From Thermoplasmata archaeon (GTDB taxonomy: Archaea > Thermoplasmatota > Thermoplasmata > Lutacidiplasmatales > UBA184): a DNA stretch of 64,000 bases. The notes under the pieces are model-generated. The model was not told the DNA's origin, did not search any database, and was given only the letters and a program-made list of their open reading frames with translations. Below are positions 28,295 to 36,536 of the stretch, one piece after another. The stretch is from positions 96,001 through 160,000 of the forward strand of contig JAGWLG010000002.1 in NCBI GenBank assembly GCA_028864975.1. Reading direction: 5' to 3'. Made by a program: the position numbers and the translations under genes. Within the stretch, counting starts at the first letter, position 1. Every line of letters begins with the position of its first letter.

Positions 28295-29263
28295 CTACTT
28301 CAGCAGCTGCCGGAGCAGTGTGGGGAGGCGTGCCGCGAAGTCGGGAGGGTAGTCGTGCCCGAGCCCGGGCACGAGGTCGAGGCGACAGTCGACTCCTCCG
28401 TCGACCAACTTGTCCTGCAAGGTCTCGGTCGCACCTCGAGAGGGATCGGCCGTCCCCGTGACCAGCACCCCCTTGAGGTCGGGGGACAGGGGCCGCGCGG
28501 CCAGGTCGACGAGAGTTTCCCCCCCCTCGAGCGCAACAGCCCTCGTCGGGGCGACCGCGAGGAATCCGATGGCCGGAAGGGTTTGTTGCAGGGTCGCGTG
28601 CACCGCGAGGGCTGCTCCCTGGGAGTAACCTGCCAGCACGAGCGGGACGTTCGGGGACTCTCTCGGAAGGTCGAGGGTGACCGAGCGCAGGTCATCCAAG
28701 GCCCGAGGTACATCATCCCACCGATAGCGTTGGGACGACCAGGGTTGCGAGGATTGGACGAGCGCGACTCGGAAGCCCTCTTCCGCGGCGCGTCCCCAGA
28801 TGGGCTCGGCAGCGCGAGCGTTCTGTCCCCGACCGTGAAGGACGATGAGCCAAGGGGGCGGACGGTCCGGCGGGCTCTTGGGGATCGAAGGCATGACGAG
28901 GAGGTGGGACGGTCGCCGGGTCTCCCCTTCGGCCCGCGCCTGGAGCTCTCCCGCCCTCTTCCGGACACGGTCGAACTCCGGGAGACCCTGGAGAGGTCCC
29001 AGGAAGTTCCCGTACATCTCGAACCACTGGGGCGGCCACCAAAGGCCTCGGTCCAGGGATTCCTCCAGTTCGCGGACCGCTCCCGCGTGGTCCCCACGTT
29101 GAACACGAGCGATCGCGACGGTCATGGCCGCATCGTCGCTCTGGTCGGGGAAGGCCGCGGCGATCTCACGGGCGGCCGCCTCCAGAGCGACGAAGTCTCC
29201 CCGAGCGAAAGCGAGGTTCTGCCGCTCCTCCAGGGCTCGGAAGTCGGTGTTCCCCTCGGTCAT
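28295..29263 (-). CDS. alpha/beta hydrolase (esterase-like) with helical TPR-like N-terminus
   Basis: LIVLHGRG, nucleophile elbow AGYSQGA, GTADP and GLGHDYP. Confidence 0.75.
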   Translation of the reverse strand: MTEGNTDFRALEERQNLAFARGDFVALEAAAREIAAAFPDQSDDAAMTVAIARVQRGDHAGAVRELEESLDRGLWWPPQWFEMYGNFLGPLQGLPEFDRVRKRAGELQARAEGETRRPSHLLVMPSIPKSPPDRPPPWLIVLHGRGQNARAAEPIWGRAAEEGFRVALVQSSQPWSSQRYRWDDVPRALDDLRSVTLDLPRESPNVPLVLAGYSQGAALAVHATLQQTLPAIGFLAVAPTRAVALEGGETLVDLAARPLSPDLKGVLVTGTADPSRGATETLQDKLVDGGVDCRLDLVPGLGHDYPPDFAARLPTLLRQLLK

Positions 29264-29419
29264 GATGCACGCTCGGCGGTCGGCTCCTGGGATGCGTCCC
29301 GGACCCCGCTTCGTCTTGAAAGGCGTTCCGACCGGTCCCTCGGCGCCATGACGTCGTGGTTGTGGGCCCTCGTCGCCGCGAACAGAATCCCTAAGTCCTC
29401 CGGGAAGGCTGCGCCTCGC

Positions 29420-29529
29420 GGGCTCGTGGGGTAGTCTGGACTATCCTGATGGCCTTCGGAGCCATCGACCCGGGTTCGAAGCTCATCGGCCGCTAAGGGC
29501 GACCATGAGAGAGAATCCCGGCGAGCCCG
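29420..29529 (+). tRNA. tRNA-Arg(UCG) with a 35-nt intron in the T-loop
   Basis: Acceptor stem GGGCTCG/CGAGCCC, D-arm with A20 (Arg identity element), anticodon stem ATGGC/GCCAT with loop CT-TCG-GA (anticodon 29456-29458), T-stem CCGGG/CCCGG, discriminator G, no encoded CCA. Exons 29420-29480 and 29516-29529. Confidence 0.92.
29481..29515 (+). other. tRNA intron at non-canonical position 59/60 with relaxed BHB motif
   Basis: GCTCATCGGCCGCTAAGGGCGACCATGAGAGAGAA. Inner helix CTCAT/ATGAG, central helix TTCG/AGAG (3 of 4 pairs), and 3-nt bulges AAG and AAT. Confidence 0.85.
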
Positions 29530-29555
29530 CTCGCTCCCGCTCGGGCCCGCGGGCC

Positions 29556-31082
29556 CTAGCTCGCGCCCTTCCTCAGGGTCAGGACGGACTCTCTTAGGAG
29601 GAAGTCCCTACGTTGCCCCGAGCGACGGACGCGGGCGACCTCGAACTTCTCGACCTCGAACCCCGCACGTACCGCAAGCCGACCGAAGAGCAGGTCTCCA
29701 GGAACGTAGCTACCGGCCATCCAACTGTCCCCGTTGACGACCACGAACTTCCCGCCGGGGCGTAGCGCGCGGTGGACCGCCACGATCACCGGGACCAGGT
29801 CGTCGAAGTACTTCGCGACGATCTCCGCCATGTCGCGTCGGCGATAGACGGTCTTGGATGCGATGTTCTCCTCGATCTGCCCCAGGGCGTGGGAAAGCCA
29901 GCCATCCTCCTTCACCCAACGTCCCGCTTCATGCGCGCTGATCACGCTGGGGGAGACGTTGTCGCAGGCCACCATGTCCGATTTTAGCCGCGCGAGGTCC
30001 TCGTAGCTGCGGACCTGGCCGAGCCACGCCATCTCGAGCTTGTAGTTCATCACATAGTCCATCCCGTTGACGTAGGGCGGGCTGGTGATCGCCAGGTCGA
30101 CGCTCGCCTCAGGGAGGTCGAGCTGCTTCGAGTTCTCTTCGAGGACTTGGGCCGGCGGTCCAAACCGCCCCCTTTGCGGCTTGAGCCACGTGAGGTCGGT
30201 CGCGATGAGCTCCGCCATCCCAAGGAAGCGCTGGTAAGGGGTCTCGGCGCCCACCTCGGGCTTGCGCGCGTACCCCAGGCAGGGCGAGCGCTTGAGCCGG
30301 CTCGAAGCGACGAGCACCCCCGCGAACGCGAGCTCGAGCAGAGAGCGGACCTCGCCCGCCGGTAGCCTCTCGAGCTCCGCGCGCATCCGAAGGAGGGAAT
30401 CGAGAGCTCCCGGGGCGAACTGTCGAGAGGTCTCTCGAAGGAACGGAGGGGGAGCTGGGGTCCCCCGTCGCGCGCGGACAACGAGCTTACGAGCGGCAGA
30501 ACGGACCCTTGAGGGAGCCGCCGTCCAGAGGTGCTTGGCGCGAATGACCATGGCGGCCACTGGCATGAGCTCGGAGGCGATCGTCTGGGCTCCCCGGAGC
30601 CGCGCCTCCACGCTGACCGTGCCCGATCCTGCGAAGGGGTCAAGAACGACCTTCCCCGGGCCGATGTCGAAGGCTTCGCAAGTGCGACGGACGAACTCGG
30701 CACTGAATCCCTGAACGTAGGGCCACCACCGATGGACCGGAAGCTCCTCGTTCGGGTTGAACTGGATCTCCCCCTGGAACGGGTCTGGGCCAGGAAGCTC
30801 GAAGCCCTTCAGGAAGCGGTCGAGATACCAGGACGGCCCCCGAACGTCGCTCTCCTCCCCGGGCTGACCCTTGTACCGGGGAAGGATCCAGAGCCCCTTC
30901 CCGACGCGCAGTACGCGCTGCGCCTGCGAGAGCCGACGGAGGGTCGCCTCGACCTCGACGACCGGCCTCCCCGTGGTGGAGGCCAATTGCTTGGAGGTGA
31001 TCCCCAAGAGCCCCGCGTTCTCGATCGCGGAGAGCAGGGGCCTGTCGGCCGTTGACGCCACGAGCCCTTGCACGAACCCCAA
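29556..31082 (-). CDS. amino-DNA methyltransferase (likely N4-cytosine, motif I before motif IV) with N-terminal winged HTH
   Basis: VLDPFAGSGT (motif I), ITSPPYVNGMDY (motif IV) and LRPGGKFVVV. The N-terminal 70 aa look like a wHTH. No adjacent endonuclease. Start TTG 31082 or GTG 31073. Confidence 0.85.
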   Translation of the reverse strand: MGFVQGLVASTADRPLLSAIENAGLLGITSKQLASTTGRPVVEVEATLRRLSQAQRVLRVGKGLWILPRYKGQPGEESDVRGPSWYLDRFLKGFELPGPDPFQGEIQFNPNEELPVHRWWPYVQGFSAEFVRRTCEAFDIGPGKVVLDPFAGSGTVSVEARLRGAQTIASELMPVAAMVIRAKHLWTAAPSRVRSAARKLVVRARRGTPAPPPFLRETSRQFAPGALDSLLRMRAELERLPAGEVRSLLELAFAGVLVASSRLKRSPCLGYARKPEVGAETPYQRFLGMAELIATDLTWLKPQRGRFGPPAQVLEENSKQLDLPEASVDLAITSPPYVNGMDYVMNYKLEMAWLGQVRSYEDLARLKSDMVACDNVSPSVISAHEAGRWVKEDGWLSHALGQIEENIASKTVYRRRDMAEIVAKYFDDLVPVIVAVHRALRPGGKFVVVNGDSWMAGSYVPGDLLFGRLAVRAGFEVEKFEVARVRRSGQRRDFLLRESVLTLRKGAS

Positions 31083-31130
31083 GGTGGTCGAAGGCCGATA
31101 AAGTTCGTCCTTGGTCCGACGTGCGCGAGC

Positions 31131-31664
31131 TCAACGTGGCGGGGCAGGGGGTGGGGCGTTCCACCCGCCCCCGGGTCGACGCTCGTGCTGAGCGGGGGCC
31201 CCGCCCGGACCACCGGGCACCTTCCCCAGGGCCTCGAGCCGACGCTGGCGCATGCTCTCGGTCCACTGCGCAAGTCCCTGGGCTTCCCGAGTACTGCCGG
31301 TGAGAAGATAGAGGGTCGAGAGCCCCATGCCCGAGAGCTCGACCATCAGTTCCATTCGGTTGTCCTTCACCTTGACCTCCTGGATCTTCTCGAGGTCGGC
31401 CCCAAAGCGAGGTCGGAACTGCCGTTCCTTGCCGAAGAGGCCCTTCTCGACCTCGTCGAACCCATAGCCGATCATTCGCTGGTCGGTTACGATGAGGTTC
31501 GTGGGTCGCTCCACCATCTCGTAGCGGATCTCGTCCATCCTCACCCCACGTCCCCCCTGGATCCCGATGACCATCGAGAACAGGTTGGGTAGGAAGCCCA
31601 GGATCTGTTCCCCCGGACGCCACGGGATCAGGGGGAGGACCTCGGGAGGGACACCACCCGCCAT
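31131..31664 (-). CDS. hypothetical protein, possible bacterial-type PH domain
   Basis: NLIVTDQRMIGY ... IQEVKVK ... helix pattern resembles bPH domains. Pro/Gly-rich tail. Confidence 0.55.
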   Translation of the reverse strand: MAGGVPPEVLPLIPWRPGEQILGFLPNLFSMVIGIQGGRGVRMDEIRYEMVERPTNLIVTDQRMIGYGFDEVEKGLFGKERQFRPRFGADLEKIQEVKVKDNRMELMVELSGMGLSTLYLLTGSTREAQGLAQWTESMRQRRLEALGKVPGGPGGAPAQHERRPGGGWNAPPPAPPR

Positions 31665-31752
31665 CGCGCCTCGAGGCGCATCAGCACTTGCTAGGCGATA
31701 AACGATGGCCCCCTCGCACGGAGCCAAGAGCCCCACGAAGGGGAGCGCAGGA

Positions 31753-32055
31753 TCACCCGAAGTAGACCTGGACCTGCTCGGGGACCTTCTTTTCCTCTTC
31801 GGGCTTCGCCGCGTGGAGGATGTCGATGGAGAGGACCATGGCGGCGGGGATCAGCCGGATCCGCCCCTTCGCTTCCTTGCCGTGGGTGTCGTCGAGCTCG
31901 ATGGAGAGCGCCTGGTCGCCGCTCCCGATGCCGACGTAGCCACGGAAGGTTCCCGTGGTCACGAGCGGGTCCTCCCCCTTGTCCCCGGACCGCACCTGGA
32001 CCGAGGAGCCCGTGGTCAGGGACATCCCGGAACGCTTGGGCTTCTCTTCCGCCAT
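31753..32055 (-). CDS. small beta-rich hypothetical protein (possible Sm-like fold) ending in VYFG
   Basis: 100 aa with host-like codon usage. The G.F.GY...G...RLIP...V..I pattern resembles an Sm-type barrel. ATATAT element upstream. Confidence 0.7.
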   Translation of the reverse strand: MAEEKPKRSGMSLTTGSSVQVRSGDKGEDPLVTTGTFRGYVGIGSGDQALSIELDDTHGKEAKGRIRLIPAAMVLSIDILHAAKPEEEKKVPEQVQVYFG

Positions 32056-32123
32056 CGGGTTCCCGCCTCAGGTATGCACCAGAGAGGTGGGATATATGCG
32101 ACTTCGCAGGGGCGGCCCCGGGC

Positions 32124-32636
32124 CTACGCGCGCACGGAGGGGGCGGTGAGGGCCTTCCCAAGGGCTTCCCTACGCTCGACTCCGGGTGTTGGGGTCGGCT
32201 TGCGCGAGCTCTCGACAAGCCCCTGCAGGTGATCGACCGTTTCGCGGTAGCGCTTGAGCGCGTTCTGCGCGTTCGCCTCGACGAAGTCCCACGCCTTGGC
32301 CAGGTTCCCGTAGCGAATGCGGTAGCCCTTTCGGCCCTTCCCGGTCGCACGGACCTCGGGCACTTCTTCGAGCAGGTCCATCGCCTTCAGCTTGTTGATG
32401 TGCCGGTAGACCGTCGGCTTGCTGGTCTTGAGCACCCCCGAGAGTTCCTCCGGGTACCAGGGACGTTCGGGGTTCCGCAGGAAGCAGTCCCGCACCAATC
32501 GGTAGGCGATCGACCGGTCGCCCCCCTCTCCTTCGGGGAGATACCCGATCAGGGTCAAGAACTCCCTCAAGACCTCGTCCAAGTCCTTCACCGGCGTGAG
32601 GGGCGTGGTGTAGCGGACCTGGATCTCGAACGTCAC
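32124..32636 (-). CDS. ArsR-like winged-helix transcription regulator
   Basis: WYPEELSGVLKTSKPTVYRHINKLKAMDLLEEV...YRI. Divergent from the Mo-enzyme operon. Start GTG 32636 or ATG 32666. Confidence 0.8.
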   Translation of the reverse strand: MTFEIQVRYTTPLTPVKDLDEVLREFLTLIGYLPEGEGGDRSIAYRLVRDCFLRNPERPWYPEELSGVLKTSKPTVYRHINKLKAMDLLEEVPEVRATGKGRKGYRIRYGNLAKAWDFVEANAQNALKRYRETVDHLQGLVESSRKPTPTPGVERREALGKALTAPSVRA

Positions 32637-32776
32637 GGGAGCTCCTGGAGATGAGACGACGGCCACGCCAAATGAACGTTGCGCGGGGGCTCCCGCACGA
32701 AGGACGCCTCCCTGTGGCGCGAGGTGCGCCGAACTATAGGAAAGGGGGTTGAAGGGGAAGCTCTTCGACGGTCGGA

Positions 32777-33646
32777 ATGAGCTTCACGCTCCACTTCCCG
32801 ACCCGGCTCGAAGAGGCTTGGGACCTCTTGGAACAGGGGCCCCCCGGCGCCTCGCTACCGATCGCGGGGGGGACGGACCTGCTCCTCGGGCTCGACTTCG
32901 GCCGCTTTGCCCCTGAGAGGCTCGTCTCCCTGTCGCGGCTGCCTCTCCAGCGGCTCGAGTTCGGACGGGACGGGGTCCGGATCGGCAGCATGCTGCCCTT
33001 GCGGACGCTCGAGCTCGACGAGCGTGTCAGGAAGGGCGTGCCCGCGCTCGCCCAGGCGATCAACGAGGTCGGGAGCGTGCAGCTCCGTCATCGAGCGACC
33101 CTGGGAGGGAACGTGGTACGTGCCTCGGCCACCTCCGATCTGCTTCCGCCCCTGGTGGCCTTGGAGACCGAGCTCACGCTCGTAAGCCGCGGGGGACGCC
33201 GCACGGTCAGGCTGGAAGGGTTCGTGGAAGGTTCCTGGAAGACCGGCCTTCGCGTGGGGGAGATCGTGGAGGAGCTGCATGTCCCCTCACCGCGTCCCGG
33301 GACCTACCAATGGCAACGGGTGCGTCCTGCGAACGACATCTCCCAGGTGGGCGTCGCCGTCGTGCGGCATCCGAAGAACGGGGGAGGCCCTTCCGTACGC
33401 TGGAGGATAGTCGCGGGAGGGACGGCAGGGTCGTTCCAGCGGCTCACGAGGGCGGAGGCCTGCCTCGAGCGTGACGAGCCCTCGGAGCGGGAAGTCGCGG
33501 AGGCCGCTCGTGAAGCCGCTGGGGAGGCGAAGTTCCTGACCGACCTTAGGGCGGCCGAGGAGTACCGAAGGCACCTCCTGAGGGTCCTCGTTCGCCGGGG
33601 GATCGAACGGACGGTACGCTCGGCTGCGACCGCCGGGGGCGGTTGA
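32777..33646 (+). CDS. xanthine dehydrogenase/CoxM-family FAD-binding subunit
   Basis: IAGGTDL, QLRHRATLGGN, SDLLPPL, GEIV and DLRAAEEYRRHL. Confidence 0.92.
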   Translation: MSFTLHFPTRLEEAWDLLEQGPPGASLPIAGGTDLLLGLDFGRFAPERLVSLSRLPLQRLEFGRDGVRIGSMLPLRTLELDERVRKGVPALAQAINEVGSVQLRHRATLGGNVVRASATSDLLPPLVALETELTLVSRGGRRTVRLEGFVEGSWKTGLRVGEIVEELHVPSPRPGTYQWQRVRPANDISQVGVAVVRHPKNGGGPSVRWRIVAGGTAGSFQRLTRAEACLERDEPSEREVAEAAREAAGEAKFLTDLRAAEEYRRHLLRVLVRRGIERTVRSAATAGGG

Positions 33647-34236
33647 TGTCATCGCGCCCCCACCCGCTCCGGACGACCGTCAATGGCCGGAAGCGCACGC
33701 TCCGCGGGGTTCCCGACGACGAGCGGCTGCTGGACCTCCTGCGTTGGCGTCTCGGATTGAGAGGCACGAAGGAGGGTTGCCGCACGGGAGATTGTGGCGC
33801 CTGTACGGTCCTGCTCGACGACCGGACGACGCTCTCCTGTCTCACGCTCGCCCATGAGATCGAGGCCCGTCGCGTCGAGACGATCGAGCATCTTGCACGG
33901 GGGAGTCCTGGGGGAAAGAAGGTCGCCGAGGCGTTCGCCCTCGCGGGGGGCGTGCAGTGCGGGTACTGCACCCCAGGCTTCGTGGTCGCCGTCGAGGGGT
34001 GGCTCCGCGAGCGGGAGGGAAGGGCACCCCAGGGGGTCGAGCAGCTTGCCGACGAGCTGGGAGGGAATCTCTGTCGGTGCACCGGGTACTACGGGATCCT
34101 TCGTTCGCTCTCGAGGGTGCTCAACGAACGGGCCCGCGAGGTCTCGGAAGGGCCCGCTCGCTCGCGGTTCGCGAGGGTGGCCACCTCCCGCTCGGCGACG
34201 GTAGGATCCGGGTCGAAGGAGGAGGAACACCCATGA
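33646..34236 (+). CDS. xanthine dehydrogenase/CoxS-family 2Fe-2S subunit
   Basis: GTKEGCRTGDCGACTVL, QCGYCTPG and GNLCRCTGY. TGATG overlap with the upstream gene. Confidence 0.93.
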   Translation: MSSRPHPLRTTVNGRKRTLRGVPDDERLLDLLRWRLGLRGTKEGCRTGDCGACTVLLDDRTTLSCLTLAHEIEARRVETIEHLARGSPGGKKVAEAFALAGGVQCGYCTPGFVVAVEGWLREREGRAPQGVEQLADELGGNLCRCTGYYGILRSLSRVLNERAREVSEGPARSRFARVATSRSATVGSGSKEEEHP

Positions 34237-36536
34237 CCCGTCCTGACGCTCTTCCCAAGGCGGAAGGGAGGGTCGAGTTCGGCGCGGACCTCTCTGCCCC
34301 CAGGATGTTGTGGGCCGCCTACGCCACGGCCCCCCATCCGCACGCCCGCCTACGTTCACTATCGGTGGACGAGGCGCTGGCCACGCCAGGGGTCCGGGCG
34401 GTCCTGACCGCGGCCGACCTCTCCGCGCTGCTCCCCAAGAGGAAACCGGACCCGCAGCGCCCTCTGCTGGTGGCCAAGGAGTCGCGGTTCCAGGGAGAGC
34501 CCTTCGCCCTCGTGGCCGCGGAGGACCTCGCCACAGCACGGGCGGCGGCGCGGAGGGTCCGGGCGGATTGGGAGGTTCTTCCTGCCTTCACGGACCTCAC
34601 GAAAGAGCTCCCTTCCTGGCCGACCCCCGAGGTGATGAAGGGGGACGACCGGGTCAACGCCCACGTTCTGGCCTCTCGAGGAGATTTCGAGAAGGCCTGC
34701 CGGGACGCTGACGTGGTCCACGACGAGACCTACCGAACGAACATGGTCGCGCAGGTTCCGATGGAACCTCACGCCTGCCTGGCCCGCGTTCGTGGCGAGG
34801 ATTGGCACGTCCGGACGACCACGCAAACCCCCTTCGGATTGCGCGAGGACCTCGTGGACAAGCTCGGCCTCCCCACGGAGAGGGTCCGGGTGGAAGGGAC
34901 CTGGGTCGGGGGAGGCTTCGGGGGCAAGAACGAGGCGCTTCTGGAGGCGCACGCCCTGCTGCTCTCGAAGCGGACGGGTCGGCCGGTTCGGCTCGCGCTC
35001 ACGTTCCGGGAGGAGTTCCTCTTCTCGAGGACCACCCAACCCGCGGTCTTCCAGATGACGAGCTGTGTCCGGGGCGGACGGCTCATCGGTCGTCGTACGA
35101 GGCTCCTGCTCGACACCGGGGCCTCCCTCCCGGGTCGGGACTTCGCGCTGGGGTATGCGCTCGGATTCACGCTGGGGCCCTACCGTCTCGACGCCTGGGA
35201 GCTCGAGGGGTACGCCCTGCGGACCCACCGACCCCCGTTCGGCCCGCACCGCGCGCCGCTTGCGCCGCAGTGCAGCTTCGCCGCCGAAAGCCATCTCGAC
35301 TCCCTCGCCCGCCGGATCGGGGTCGACCCTATCGCCTTCCGACGTCAGCATGTCTGGGAGGCCGGGGAGAAGACCGCGTTCGGCCAGGAGGTCCCGCCGT
35401 TCGCGGCCGCGGAGGCGCTGGCGCGGGGGCAGGCGCTGGAACGGTCGTGGAGGGCCGAGCTCCCCCCGGGCGGTGGGATCGGGATCGCGGTCGGGTTCTG
35501 GTCCACAGGGACCGGGGCGGGAGGCGAGGCCATCGTGCGACTCTGCCCCACCGGTCTCACCATCGTTCAAGGGGAGCGGGAGATCGGCACCGGCTCGGTG
35601 TGCGAGGCCACGCGGGCCATCGCATCGAGGGTGACGGGCCTGCCCATGGAAGCGGTCCAGGTCGAGTACCTTGACACGTCGCGTGCGCCGTTCGATAGCG
35701 GGGTCTGGGGGAGTCGGACGACCATCGCCCTCGGACGTGCCGTCCAAAAGGCGTGCGAGGCGCTTCTTCACGACCTCGGACGGCGTGGGCTTGGTCTTGG
35801 CCGTGGTCATCCGAGGCAATCCCGCCGAGGGGCCCCCGAGGTCCGACTGGAGCTCTTTCGAGGGAGGGTCATGGTACGGCAGGGCGAGCTCGCGCGACCG
35901 CTCGTCGCGCTCCTGACCTCGCAAGAGCGCAAGCGTGGGGGGGTCGAAGCGCTCGGCAAGGAATACGGGAGGTCCCACGACATCGACCGTTCGGTGGTGA
36001 AGGACGGGGAGCTCTACCCCTATTCGGACCTCATCGCGTCCGTGCATCTCGCGCAGGTGGCCGTGGACCGAGACACGGGGGCTGTCCGGGTCGAACGCTA
36101 TGCCGCCTTCCAGGATGCGGGCCACGTGGTGGACCCGGAGGGATACCGCGGCCAGGTCGAAGGGGCCGTCCTGATGGGCCTGGGGACCGCGCTGACGGAG
36201 GAGGGGCTCCTCACCCCGCAAGGTCGGTTGCAGAACCCGGGGCTCCTGGACTACCGGATCCCGACCATCCGCGACGTGCCATCGGAACTCCAGATCGTGG
36301 CCATTGAGGGACATCCGGGCAGCGGACCCTGGGGGGCGAAAGGGGTCGGCGAGCCGCCGATCATCCCCGTCCCCGCGGCGGTGGCGAACGCGCTCGCGGA
36401 TGCGACCGGGGCGAGGGTGCTCGAGATCCCCCTCACGCCCGAGCGGGTGGCCCGAGCCCTCGGTATTATCTCTGCGCGCGCTCCCACCCAAGAGGTCCCG
36501 GGGATGCCACCGGTCACGCCGACGGGGGGGAAGTGA
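34233..36536 (+). CDS. xanthine dehydrogenase-family molybdopterin-binding subunit
   Basis: MEPH, TTQ, GGGFGGK, QGEREIGTG, GSRTT and AKGVGEPP. Lacks the aerobic CODH AYxCSFR loop. ATGA overlap. Confidence 0.92.
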   Translation: MTRPDALPKAEGRVEFGADLSAPRMLWAAYATAPHPHARLRSLSVDEALATPGVRAVLTAADLSALLPKRKPDPQRPLLVAKESRFQGEPFALVAAEDLATARAAARRVRADWEVLPAFTDLTKELPSWPTPEVMKGDDRVNAHVLASRGDFEKACRDADVVHDETYRTNMVAQVPMEPHACLARVRGEDWHVRTTTQTPFGLREDLVDKLGLPTERVRVEGTWVGGGFGGKNEALLEAHALLLSKRTGRPVRLALTFREEFLFSRTTQPAVFQMTSCVRGGRLIGRRTRLLLDTGASLPGRDFALGYALGFTLGPYRLDAWELEGYALRTHRPPFGPHRAPLAPQCSFAAESHLDSLARRIGVDPIAFRRQHVWEAGEKTAFGQEVPPFAAAEALARGQALERSWRAELPPGGGIGIAVGFWSTGTGAGGEAIVRLCPTGLTIVQGEREIGTGSVCEATRAIASRVTGLPMEAVQVEYLDTSRAPFDSGVWGSRTTIALGRAVQKACEALLHDLGRRGLGLGRGHPRQSRRGAPEVRLELFRGRVMVRQGELARPLVALLTSQERKRGGVEALGKEYGRSHDIDRSVVKDGELYPYSDLIASVHLAQVAVDRDTGAVRVERYAAFQDAGHVVDPEGYRGQVEGAVLMGLGTALTEEGLLTPQGRLQNPGLLDYRIPTIRDVPSELQIVAIEGHPGSGPWGAKGVGEPPIIPVPAAVANALADATGARVLEIPLTPERVARALGIISARAPTQEVPGMPPVTPTGGK

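Noticed and set aside
29420-29480. Apparently truncated tRNA suggesting an integration (att) site or a split tRNA half
   Set aside because: The missing 3' part (TCCCGGCGAGCCCG) lies 35 nt downstream and the junctions form a BHB, so it is an intron. I saw no integrase or second copy of the tRNA 3' end in the window.
34233-36536. Aerobic CO dehydrogenase (coxMSL)
   Set aside because: The gene order M-S-L fits, but the large subunit lacks the AYxCSFR active-site loop.
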